From: Chiloscyllium plagiosum
Lineage: Eukaryota
DNA: 64,000 bases
Assembly: GCF_004010195.1 (NCBI RefSeq)
Contig: NC_057749.1
Coordinates: 17,131,750-17,195,749 of the forward strand
Reading direction: 5' to 3'
How positions within the stretch are numbered: the stretch's first letter is position 1; each line of letters starts with the position of its first letter. The translations under genes and the position numbers were made by a program. Positions 25,262 through 36,400 of the stretch are shown here, piece after piece. The notes beneath the pieces are model-generated. The model was not told the origin of the DNA. It searched no databases and saw only the letters and a program-made list of their open reading frames with translations.

Positions 25262-25439
25262 CTTCCAAATAAACATGTTGAGCTATAACCTGGTGATTTT
25301 TAACTTTGAGAACTTAATAGTTTAATTTATCTACTGCATGCTTGTATCAATTTTATTTGCTTGTTTCAGCCTCTGTTAGGATACTATTGCTTGGCTTTCC
25401 GTAATTTATTTTGTAGATGTTTAGTTTGTGGTTGCATGT

Positions 25440-25990
25440 CAGGGTTATTACAAGTTTTAGTGCCAGGTCATTCAGGAGAGATGTTAGAAACCACTTCTAC
25501 CCGCAAAGAGTCGTGAAGCTGTGGAACTCTTTCACAAATGGCAATCAATGCTAATTCAATTGTTAAATTTAAATCTGAGACAAATTTTTATTAAGCAAGT
25601 ATGTCAAGGGATGTGGCCCCAAGGCAGGCATATGGAGTTAGACTGAAAACAAAAAGAAAATTCCTGGAAATCATCGTGGGTCAGGCAGCATCCATGGAGA
25701 GAGAGAGAGCATGCTAATATTTTGAGTCTAGATGACTCTTCATCAGAGTTATCTAGACCTGAAAACATTAGCGTGCTCTCTCTCCTGGGCCGAAGGGCCT
25801 GTTTCCACACTGTTGAGAATCTAATCTAATCTAACTGCTACCTGACCTGCTGAGATCTCCAGCATTTTCTGTTTTCAGTGCAAATTGCAGCATCTGCAGT
25901 AATTTGCTCCTATATGGAGTTAGACCACAGGTTAGCCATTAACATTTTGATTGGTGGAGCAGGCTTAAGGACCTGGCAAGGCCATTGTTA
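25440..25990 (+). mobile_element. Old CR1 3' end with a nested family-3 hairpin element (~25645-25912), itself carrying an HE1 tail (25786-25834)
   Basis: CR1-like flanks; hairpin arms similar to 17912-18085; insert TGGGCCGAAGGGCCTGTTTCCACACTG...(TCTAA)3. Confidence 0.7.
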
Positions 25991-26659
25991 CAGTTGCCCA
26001 ACAATAAAGTTTTACTTATTGTCAGAACACCACTGCATGGGTATAAACTTGTTTTTCCATTTTTGCCCCGAATTATCCCTTTATGATGTGTTATAGATTC
26101 AGAATGTACAAAACGCTGCAGAGTTATGTGCTGTTTCATGACATGTACTTGCATTTACGAGAAATTGGATTGTGACTAACATAGTTCTAAGTCTGACATC
26201 TAGCTGACTGTTGCTCCGCAGGCACTCTCCAGTATCTTATCAAAGCAGCCATTCATGTGTCGGGCTTTTTGCTGATTGTTAGAATCATAACAGACCAGCT
26301 CCTTTCTGTCCATTATATGCATTTTGTAATTCAGTGGTCCTCCCTCAATCAGCATGTGTGTGTTATTGTGCATTTCAAACTACCACTTGACAATAAAAAT
26401 CACGCAGTCATTGACTTATTAACAGAATTCTTGTTCTGCAACTCTAACACTTGCTAAAGGTTTAGCAATCGCCATGTGCTCTGACTTCACTGGAAAAGGT
26501 TCAAGTTTGAAAATCTTGGAAAAGTTGCAAAAGGCAGTTTGAAAATCAAATCTATATAATGATTTCAAGGAAAGCCTTCCATTCTTGAATATGCACGCAA
26601 TAATAATTGCACTTCAATAATCCATTGGATTTTAAAAAAGAACTAGCATTAAAATTTCA

Positions 26660-26990
26660 TAACTACTATATCTCTCAGAGGGTTTTGCAGCCAGTGAATT
26701 AGTTTTTGAAATACAGTCTCTGGTGTGATGTAGGAAATGTGGCAGCTAACTTGAAACAGCAAACACCCACAAAGAGCACATGTTCTGAACAAATAATTGT
26801 TTTGTTTTATGAATTGAGGGGTTAAATATTGGCCAGGATGCTGAGGGAAAACTCCCTTGCTCTTCAACAGTACCATTTGATCTTTTACATTCACTGAAAG
26901 AGGTAGGTGGACCTCTGTTATCATCTCATGCAAAAAATAGTCTCTCCAACAGTGCAATGCTTCCTCAAAACTGATTCAAGTGGCCTTGAT
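26660..26990 (-). mobile_element. Decayed Deu-domain SINE (SacSINE1/AmnSINE-like)
   Basis: Reverse complement resembles the Deu domain as I recall it (gtaaaagatc...gagcaagggagtt...cctggccaatattt); a weaker plus-strand copy lies near 15210-15390. Confidence 0.55.
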
Positions 26991-28432
26991 GTTTTTAGTA
27001 TCTAAGCTCTGGTGTGGAGTTTAATTCAGAAGTGGATGCCAGCTGAACAAAGGATAGATAGCATTTTGGAATTTCACCAATGTGCAAGTCTTTAACTTTG
27101 GGTGTTTTATTTCTCCCATTTGTGTTCATGAATTAACTAACTCCAGATTGGAAGTTCTGAAGAAGAATCATTTTAATTAGATGTTTACTCTATTTCTGTC
27201 TCCACAGATGCTGCCAGCCATGCTGGGTTTCCATCGCACTATTTTTTAATATCAGATTTCCAACAACCACAATACTGTAATTTGTTTTTGAGTATAAAAT
27301 AGATTGGCAAATGACCATGAGGTATTTTGGTATGAGTACAATGTTAGCACATTTAACCAGTATGCCATTGCAGGAGCATTGTTCTATTTCCACTAACACT
27401 CTTTAAATGTATTAATGCTAAACCTGGTTCTTCTCATCAAAACAAAATTTTCACCAGTTGCACTACTTGTAGCTTGATAAGGGAATTTTTCAAGTCATTT
27501 TTTAGGTGCACATCATGAGTCAGCACACTTTAAAGATTTAATATTTATAGATATATTACTTTCTAAGTAGTTATTGAATAGCAAAAAACTAGTATATCTT
27601 TTTTTCTGATTTTTAGTGATTTTTAAAACTGGGTCACTCATAAATGGAGGGGTGGAGACCAATTAAAAATGTCATAATGCTGGATATCACAAAAGATGAA
27701 TTAAACTACAGCTGGCTGCTGCTCTTCAGATTTTTTTAATGAAAAAAATTGTGTTCTGTAAAATGACTGATTGCAAACATTTTACGTTTGGGACTATGTA
27801 AATTATTTTTGTCATAAATTTAACCTGTAGCCAAACAATAACTTAAAGCTTGATTTGTCCTCCGTTTCCTAGTTGCAACTGAGATAAGGTTGTAGCTCCT
27901 GCACATTTAGGTGCACTCCTGCCAAGATCTATGGCATCGCTTCGTCTGAAATTTTGTTGGGCATTTCCTGTTGTGACAGCCATAGGAAACAGAACTTGCC
28001 TTATGGTGTGCACTTTTCAATTATTTGAAATATAAAAAAAAAATTGTGATAAATGTTAAAGAATTACTGTCTTGGGTATACAAGTCCGGTTATTAGAACT
28101 TCTTAAATGTTCTTGCATTGTGATTTTTTTAGAAAAACATTTGTAATGTATTATCCCTCCAATGAAATAATTTTCTTTACTAACCAGCTGTTGGTGGGTT
28201 CAGTTATAGGACTAAAGTTTCATGTTTGTACAATATGCAATTTCAAAATCAGTAAAGTCATTCTGGGGGAAATTCTCTGGCTAAATAGTGATTTGCAAGA
28301 AGCCTTTTGCACACAGCCACAGACCTCTCAGCCCTGTGCAGGTAAAGCCAGAGGGGAAAGATTTAACTAGAATTACTCCCATTGAAACCACTATGTAGAT
28401 GTGATTTTAAACTGCCTTTCACATCTTGGAGC

Positions 28433-28740
28433 GCAGCACGGTGGCACAATGGTTAGCACTGTTGCCTTAGAGCCTGGGTTCAATTCCCACCTCAGGCAAC
28501 TGTTCTGTGTTGAGTTTGCACATTCTCCCCGTGTCTATGTGGGTTTCCTCCGGGTGCTCCTGTTTCCTCCCACGTCCAAAGATGTGCAGGTTAGGTGAAT
28601 TGGCCCATGGTGTTGGGTGCATTAGTCAGGGGTAAATGTAGGGGAATGGGTCTGGGTGGGTTGCTCTTCGGAGGGTCCGTGTGGACTTGTTGGGTCGAAG
28701 GGCCTGTTTCCACACTTGGTAATCTAATCTAATCTAATCT
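28433..28740 (+). mobile_element. HE1-like V-SINE
   Basis: A and B boxes, V-domain, CR1-like tail and (TCTAA)n. Confidence 0.9.
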
Positions 28741-29848
28741 TTGTACCTTTTCCATTGAAACCAGAAGAGATGGTAATTGCTAAACCTTAAGCAAATGGTA
28801 AAGTTATAAGTCTTAAGTTTTTACTGCTTATACACTACTTTTTTCTGTGCCTTTGTTTATGATTATTTGAAAAAACGTTTTGTGACTTATTGATCAAGTA
28901 GTTTTAAACTTACTAGGGCATTGGTACTTTCCCCCCTGCCTTCCCATACCTCTTCACTTGCACAGTAAACGTTAGGATTATTTTGGAGGTAGTTTAACTG
29001 ATGAAGATGGTTGGAAGGAACAGTTATTGAGGTCATCAGGATTGTTGTCCTTTCTTACCAGAGAAGCCGAGTCAGAGTTAATTCCTTGCTTCTCACACTC
29101 CTTGACAGAGGAAAGAAATGTTCATCATGAGCTGCATTTTCTTCCCTTTTGTCACAGACTCTTATTTATTATGAAGCGATTTAAGATTGAAAAATTATTT
29201 TTTGTTTTCCCCTGCCTTCACCCACCTTTTGTGTCGGCTCTGATTTTACTGTAGAACATCATCAGGGGCACTGACCACCATCTGGTGCCATGAAGTGGCT
29301 GATCTTTGTATTGATCTTAGCTAGTGAATGTTGGATGGCTCTTGTGTCCCTGGATGGTGCAACACAGAATTCTGGTCGTGATGTACTTATTTTCCAATTT
29401 GTTATTTGTGATGAGGAGCTCACATTCTGACTTATTTTCTTTTCTATGTCTTCCTTCAAAGGTCATATTTGAAAGGTTTTGGATGAGATATGAGCAAGTC
29501 TAATTAGATAAGCATTTGGTGTCCATCCTTAACTGCTCTTGCAAAGATGTTAGTGAGCCATCTTCTTGAACTGTTACAGTATATACAATGTGGCAGCATC
29601 AAAGTGATGTGAGGACGAGTGTTCCAGGATTTCAACAAAGCATGCTGTTCAAAATTGGGATATTGTATGGCTTGGAGCATAGACTATTTTATCATAAAGA
29701 TATTGTGGGAGTTGTACTGAGAATATTTTTGTCGGGCTCTGGATAATATTTGATAATTAGAAATCTCTGCACACATTTTTCAAGAAATGCTAAGACTTAT
29801 AATTTGTATCTTTTTAATTAAAGGCAAATATTTTGAGTTATCACCTAC

Positions 29849-30561
29849 TGTTATGAAGATATGGGTGTACTGTACCTTTAAGAAAGTTAAGAGTTAGCAG
29901 AACTAGCTAATAGCACCAAGTGTTCTGAACAAGATATAATGTAACCTTTTGGTCCAGCAGGCAGTGTAGCTGGTTGCCTGGAGACAAAAACAAATTTGAA
30001 TTAGGCCAATCAGTTAAAATTATACCCTAAAAAAAAAACCAAACTCCAATCAAGTTTGAATTGAGTATATTGACAATATTAAAAGCCAATGACACAATCT
30101 GATGTTTTGCAAGTATAAGACTGGGAAAAATTGAACAGTTGAGGGAAAACTACCAAAAGACATAGGCTGCGAGTCAGAACTCTGAGTGCGATCTGCCTAG
30201 AGAAGGAGTTTGCACAGAGAAAAACATCAACACTGACCCGGAGAGCAAATCTACAGAGGAAGATATAAAGAAAAAATTTGATAGCTGGCTGGTTTTGAAA
30301 TTTGAATTTTTTCAGTAAATCTTAATCAGGGGTTTTATCAGACTAGTATTATAGAAGGGAAAGTAAAAGATAGCTTAGAGGAAGGAGTTGTAAATAGTTA
30401 TTAGTTAATTATTCTCTATTATACTTTAAGAAATAAAGCTGTTAATTTTTACTTTAGTCCTTGGTCTCTCGAACTTTCACAGATTACTGCACGGGATAAA
30501 TCGTTTCTGTGTTGCTGGTTTAAATTAAGCAGGAGGGTTTACTCCATGGAATGATGTAACA
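29849..30561 (+). mobile_element. Solo LTR
   Basis: TGTTA...TAACA termini; CCAAT (~30005, ~30086), TATAA (~30114) and AATAAA (~30432) in U3-R order; no coding remnant. Confidence 0.6.
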
Positions 30562-31107
30562 GTAGATCACTACTATTTTACTCATGTTCAAGAAACAGCA
30601 CTTTCTCATTCAGTGAAGTAATGTGTTACAGCCTTGTGAACTGATTATTGGTTCAAAACATTGAATTTGTTTTCTCGTCACACATGCTCCCTAACATGCT
30701 GAGTATTCTGTTTCTTCTGTCTACATATTAGGACTGATAGCTCAATGGGTTTCAGATGCTTTGGGTGGATAGAAAAAGAGGCAAAGGATGAGGAGGAATG
30801 GTGTTTTTGATTAAAGGAAACATTACTACTGTAAACAGAAAAGATATCTCTGAAAAATCATCCAGTGAAAATGAGTGGAAATTAGAAATAAAAAAGGAAT
30901 GATCATCTTGATCGGATTGTCCAATAGACCCCCTCCCCCAGTCTTCAGCGAAATTGAGGAGCAAAAGTGTAGAGATCTCAGATATATGTAAGAATAATAA
31001 GGTTGTGGTAGCAGGTGCTTTTAATTTTCCAAATGTTGACTGGGACTACAATAGTGTGGAAGGTTTGGATAGTGACAAATTTGTTAAATGTGTTTCAGAA
31101 AATTTTG

Positions 31108-31545
31108 TTTCGGAGGCTGAGGGGTGACCTTATAGAGGTTTATAACATCATGAGGGACATGGATAGGATAAATAGACAAAATCATTTCCCTGGGGTGGGA
31201 GAGTCCAGAACTAGAGGGCGTAGGTTTAAGATGAGAGGGGAAAGATATAAAAGGGGCAGCTTTTTCATTTGGAGGGAGAGAGGGAAAGATTTAAAAGAGA
31301 TCTAAGAGGCAACTTTTTCACACAGAGGGTGGTACGTGTATGGAATGAGCTGCCAGAGGAAGTGGTGGAGGCTGGTACAATTGCAACATGTAAAAGGCAT
31401 CTGGATGGATGTACGTATAGGAAGGGTTTGGAGGAATATGGGCTGGGTGCTGACAAGTGGGACTAGATGACGTTGGGATATCTGGTCAGCATGGACGGGT
31501 TGGACTGAAGGGTCCGTTTCTGTGCTGTACATCTCTAATACTCTA
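31108..31545 (+). mobile_element. Younger CR1 3' end nested in the older CR1
   Basis: RRLRGDLIEVYNIM...GNFFTQRVVRVWNELP plus 3' tail. Confidence 0.85.
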
Positions 31546-31920
31546 TAATATGTAGATGTTCCTACTAGACAAGGAGCAAAACTTGACCTTCTCTTGGGTA
31601 ATAAGACAGGTCAAGTGACTAATGTGATAATTATGGAACACTTTAGATCTAGTGATCATAATTCTATTTGTTTTAAAATAGCTTTGGGAAAGTTTTTAAT
31701 TGGAGTAAGGCAAATTTTAGTGGTTTGAGTCAAGAACTTTCAAAAATTGATTGGCATAGACTGTTTGCAGATAAAGGGAGTCTGATAAGTTGGAGGCTTT
31801 CAAAAATGTGATAACGAGAGTTCAGAGTCATTATGTTCCTGTTAGGATGAAAAGCAGCGTTGGTAAATGTGGAGAACAAAGGATTAATAAAGACATTGAG
31901 CTTCTAGTCAAGAATAAAAA

Positions 31921-32700
31921 AGATTGCCAGGGTTGGAGGATTTGAGCTATAGAGAGCGGCTGAACAGGCTGGGGCTGTTTTCCCTGGAGTGTCGGAGGTT
32001 GATTAGATTACCTACAGTGTGGAAACAGGCCCTTCGGCCCAACCAGTCCACACTGACCCTCCGAAGAGTAACCCACCCAGACCAACTTCCCTCTGACTAA
32101 TGTACCTAACACTATGGGCAATTTAGCATAGCCAATTCACCTGGCCTGCACATCTTTGGACCGTGGGAGGAAACCGGAGCACCTGGAGGAAACCCACACA
32201 GACACGGAGAATATGCAAACTCCACACAGACAGTCACCCGAGGCTGGAATCGAACCTGGGACCCTGGTGCTGCGAACCAGCAGTGTTAGTCACTGTGCCA
32301 CCATGCCGCCCTATAAGGGGTGACCTTATAGAGGTTTATAAAATCATGAGGGGACTGGATAGAATACATATACAAAGTCTTTTCCCTGGGACGGGGGAGT
32401 CCAGAATGAGAGGGCGTAGGTTTAGGGTGAGAGGGGAAAGATATAAAAGAGACCTAAGGGGTAACTTTTTCACCCAGAGGGTGGGACAGGTATGGAATGA
32501 GCAGCCAGAGGAAGTGGTGGAGGCTGGTACAATTGCAACATTTAAGAGGCATTTGGATAGGTATATGAATAGGAAGGGTTTGGAGGGATATGGGCCGGGT
32601 GCTGGCAGGTGGGACTAGATTGAGTTGGAGATATCTGGTCAGCATGGACAGCTTGGACCGAAGGGTCTGTTTCCATGTTGTACATCTCTATGGCTCTATA
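31921..32700 (+). mobile_element. Younger CR1 3' end interrupted by a SINE
   Basis: LSYRERLNRLGLFSLE, then the SINE, then RGDLIEVYKIM...WNEQPEEVV. Confidence 0.85.
32000..32311 (-). mobile_element. HE1-like V-SINE
   Basis: Same structure as 1177-1501. Confidence 0.9.
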
Positions 32701-32717
32701 ATCATATATTAGATATA

Positions 32718-32901
32718 ATGTGGATGTGCCAGTGTGGACAAAGTTAAAAATCTCAGAACACCAGGTTATAGCCCAACAGGTTTATTTGGAAGTACAAGCT
32801 TTCGGAGTGCTGCTCCTTCTGAAAAGTTTGTACTTCCAAATAAACTTGTTCGACTATAACCTGGTATTGTGTGATTTTTAACTTTGTCCACACCGGCACT
32901 T
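32718..32901. mobile_element. PLE-derived hairpin element (family 2)
   Basis: Inverted arms match the ends of the 21803-25308 PLE; 13-bp TSD TATATTAGATATA (32705-32717, 32902-32914). Confidence 0.85.
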
Positions 32902-34112
32902 TATATTAGATATAGACAACTGGATTCAAATGAATCTCTTATCTGCGTAAAGAGTGTATGAGGGAGATCAGCAAGGTAAAGAGAGGATATGAGATAACCT
33001 TGGCAAACCAGGTTAAGGTTAATCCGAAAGGTATTCTACAAGTTTATTAAGAGCCAGAGAGCAACTAGAGAAAGAGTAGGGTGTCTTAAAGATCAGAGGT
33101 TATCTTTTTGTTGAACCTCAGGAGATGGGAGGGATATTAAATTAATATTTTGCATCAATTTGTACTGTGGAGAAAGAAATGGAGGCTAGAGAACTCTGGG
33201 AAAGAAATATTGACGTTTTGAAAAGCGTTCACATTACAGAAGAGGAAGTGCTGATGGTCTTAGAAAATGTAAAGGTGGATAAATCTCTGGGACTTTATCT
33301 AGTGTATCCCAGGATGTTGTGAGAAGTTAAGGACAAAATTGTGGGGTTCCTTGCAGAAATATTTATATCAACTATAAATACGGGGAGGTGCTGAATAACT
33401 GGAGTGTAGCTAATGCACCTTTGTTTCAGAAGGGATGTAATGAAAAGCCTGGGACCTATTGACCTCAGAGTTTATCTTCAGCGGTGGGTATGTTGTTGGA
33501 AGTGTTTATGAAAGGTAGAATTTATATGCATTTTAAGAGTCAAGGAGTGATTAGGGATAGTCAGCATGGTTTTGTGGGAGGAAGATCACGTCTCGCAGAC
33601 TTGCTTGAGTTTTTTGTGTGGAATTAAATAAAATGATGGCAAGGTGGTAGACGTTGTTTACTTGGACTTTAGTAAAGCCTTTGATAAAGTTCTGCCTGGT
33701 AGACTTATTAGTAAAGTTAGATTACACGGGATTCTGAGTAAGCTTGCCAATTGGATACAAAATTGACTTAATGGCTGGAGACAGAATAATGGTGGAGGGT
33801 AGTTTTTTTGGACTGGAAGTCTGTTACCAGCTGTGTTCCACAGGGATTTGTGCTGGGTCCATGTTTGTTTGTCATTTATACAAATGATTTGGATGAGAAC
33901 ATAGAAAGCATGGTTAGTAAGTTTGCGGATACACCAAGATTGGTGATTTAGTGGCGAAGATGGTTATTTAAGATTGCAAAGAGATCTTGATCAATTGGAT
34001 CAGTGGGCTGAGGAGTGACAGTTTAATTTGGATAAATGCATATTGCATTTTGGCGATAAAAAAACAAATGCAAGACTTATAACAAAAGAAATAGGGCCTT
34101 AGATAATGTTGT

Positions 34113-34331
34113 AAAAACAATGACTGCAGATGCTGGAAACCAGATTCTGGATCAGTGGTGCTGGAAGAGCACAGCAATTCAGGCAGCATCCGACGAGCAG
34201 CAAAATCAACGTTTCGGGCAAAAGCCCTTCATCAGGATTCCTGATGAAGGGCTTTTGCCCGAAATGTCGATTTTGCTGCTCGTCGGATGTTGCCTGAATT
34301 GCTGTGCTCTTCCAGCACCACTGATCCAGAA
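34113..34331. mobile_element. PLE-derived hairpin element (family 1 variant) with a hammerhead motif on each strand
   Basis: ~90-bp inverted arms; 16-bp TSD CCTTAGATAATGTTGT (34097-34112, 34332-34347); the arm matches the PLE tail at 43880-43975. Confidence 0.88.
34203..34240 (-). ncRNA. Minimal hammerhead ribozyme motif, intact
   Basis: GAAUC-CUGAUGA-A-GGGC(UUUU)GCCC-GAAA-CGUU-GAUUU; mirror copy on the plus strand at 34239-34271. Confidence 0.72.
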
Positions 34332-34532
34332 CCTTAGATAATGTTGTCGAACAGAAGGGCCTCGGGGTTCATGTACATAATTCTTTGAAGTTTGCATCAC
34401 ATATATATCAAGTGGTTAAGAAGGGTTTTAGCATGATTACCTTCATTGCTGAAATCTTTGGGACTTTATGTTGAAATTATGCAGGGCATTGGTGAAGCCT
34501 CTGCTGGAGTCCTGTGTCGGATTCTGATCTCT

Positions 34533-34740
34533 TGTTATAGTGTGACATTGTGACCTTAAGAGATACGTTTGCCCTGGTTTCTTTTAAAGACAGATTGGGG
34601 GACAGGTACGGAGCAGTCTCTGACACGATAAACAACTTGCAAGGGTTTGGGGTTATTTAAAAGTTTGAGCAATTGAAGCAGCCTGATTGGGTGTGTTCAA
34701 GCTCACAGATTAAGGATGTTTAGTTAGCTTTCAGCTGCTC
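34533..34740 (+). mobile_element. 5' fragment of the LTR-like repeat seen at 19050
   Basis: Begins TGTTATAGtgtgacattgtgaccttaaga. Confidence 0.45.
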
Positions 34741-34837
34741 CCCCAGGGGAATGTGTTTGCTGCCAACTTGTGAATGATGGTCTTTGTGAACGGTACTTGA
34801 ACTGATTCTTGACTTGAGTGAGTTGCATTTCTAAATA

Positions 34838-35393
34838 CAGTGGCCGAGTGTTAGTATTGCTGGACTGTTAATCCAGAGACCCAGCTAATATTCTGGGGAC
34901 CTAGGTTCAAATCATGCCATGGCAGACTGGAATTTTGAATTCAACAAAAATCTGGAATTAAAAATCTATAATGATGACCATGAATCCATTGCTGACTATT
35001 GGAAAAACCCGTCTGGCTCTCAAATGTCCTTCAGGGAGAGAAACTGCCATTCCTACCTGGTCTGGCCTACATGTGACTCCAGTCAAGATTACAGTGGTGC
35101 TGAAAAAGCACAGCAGGTCAGGCAGCATCCAAGGAGCAGGAAAATCGACCTTCATGGGGCTTCTGTCCAAAACGTTGATTTTCCTGCTGCTCGGATGCTG
35201 CCTGACCTGTGCTTTTCCAGCACCACTGTAATCTTGACTCTAATCTCCAGCATCTGCAGTACCCACGTTTGCCTACATGTGACTCCTGGCCCAAAGCAAT
35301 GTGGTTGACCCTTAACTGTCCTCTGGGCAATAGCAACGGACAATAAATTCTGGCCTAGCTAGTGACTCCCTCATTCCGTGAATGAATTAAAAA
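34838..35393 (+). mobile_element. tRNA-derived SINE (non-HE1 family)
   Basis: A-box-like start, B box GGTTCAAATC, LINE-like tail ending gaatgaattaaaaa; other copies at 14875 and 42250/44600. Confidence 0.75.
35081..35270. mobile_element. PLE-derived hairpin element (family 1 variant)
   Basis: Inverted arms; 16-bp TSD GCCTACATGTGACTCC (35065-35080, 35271-35286). Confidence 0.85.
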
Positions 35394-35514
35394 ATGTATA
35401 GGTACACAGTAATTTGTTAACCTTTTTCTTAGAAGATATCATAGAGAAATGTATGATCTGCTTGAATATGTGAACAGGAGTAGGCCATTTAATCCTCAAA
35501 CCTTCTTTGCTATT

Positions 35515-36400
35515 CATAGAACATTGCAGTACAGGAATGGGCTTTTGGCCCATGATGTTGTGCTGAATGTGACGCCAAATTAAGCCAGTCCCTTCTGCCT
35601 GTCCTTAGTCCATATCCCTCCATTCCTTGCATTTTCATATGCTTATTTAAAAGCCCCTTAAATGCCCCCATCATATTTGCCTCTACTAGCACCACCCTGG
35701 CATCCCATTTCTAGACTCCTCCTGCTCTGTGTTTAAAAAGAAAACTCACCCATTACATCTCCTTTAGAATCCCTCCCCCCACCTCACCTTAAGAGCATGC
35801 CCCCAGTGTTAGTCATTTCAACTCTGGGAGAAAAATATTCTGACTGACAATTTTATTTATGTATCTTCTGTCAAGATTCCCCTCAGCCTCTGCCACTCCA
35901 GAGAAAACAACCATAGTTTTTCTCGCCTCTGCTTGTAGCTCATACCCGCTAATCCAGGTAGCATTTGGTAAACTTCTTCTGCACCCTCTGCAAAGCCTCC
36001 ACATCCTCCTTGTAATGCGGTGACCAGAATTGGACACAATGCTGTAAGTATGGCCTAACCGAAGTCTTATAAAACTGCAACATGACATCCTGATTCTTAT
36101 ACTCAGTTCCCTGATCAATAAAGCCCAAGCATGCCAAATGCCTTCTTTCTCTCACTATCTACTTTTGTGGCTACTTTTAGAGAGCTATGGACTTGAACCT
36201 CAAGATCTCTTTGAAGATAAATGCTGTTCAGGGTCCTGCCATTTAATTGTATACCTTTCCTTAACATTTGATCTCCCAAAGTGTAGCACCTCTCACTTGC
36301 ATGGATTAAATTGCATTTGCGATTTCTCTGCCCATGTCTGCAACTGATCTATATTTCGCTGTATCCTTTGGCATTCTTTTACATTGTCCACAACTCCAAC
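35515..36400 (-). mobile_element. CR1 LINE 3' fragment
   Basis: YKTSVRPYLQHCVQFWSPHYKEDVEALQRVQKKFTK. Confidence 0.88.

Larger units (their letters stand above)
21803..25308 (+). mobile_element. PLE (family 2): RT C-terminus and GIY-YIG remnant with a long inverted copy of its 3' end
   Basis: SVSFLD, LYRKPTD, FSSFHPKHIKTAIPY (23834-24391); GIY-YIG-like VYLVYCRQGCPEAWYIGET near 24484. 21840-22200 and 23600-23775 are reverse complements of 25020-25305 and 24640-24800. Confidence 0.85.
30730..34530 (+). mobile_element. Long decayed CR1 ORF2 (endonuclease and RT) with several nested insertions
   Basis: GAFNFPNVDW, LDLLLGN, SDHNSI, QHGF, YLDFSKAFDKV and KFAD motifs appear in order across frameshifts. 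Confidence 0.85.
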
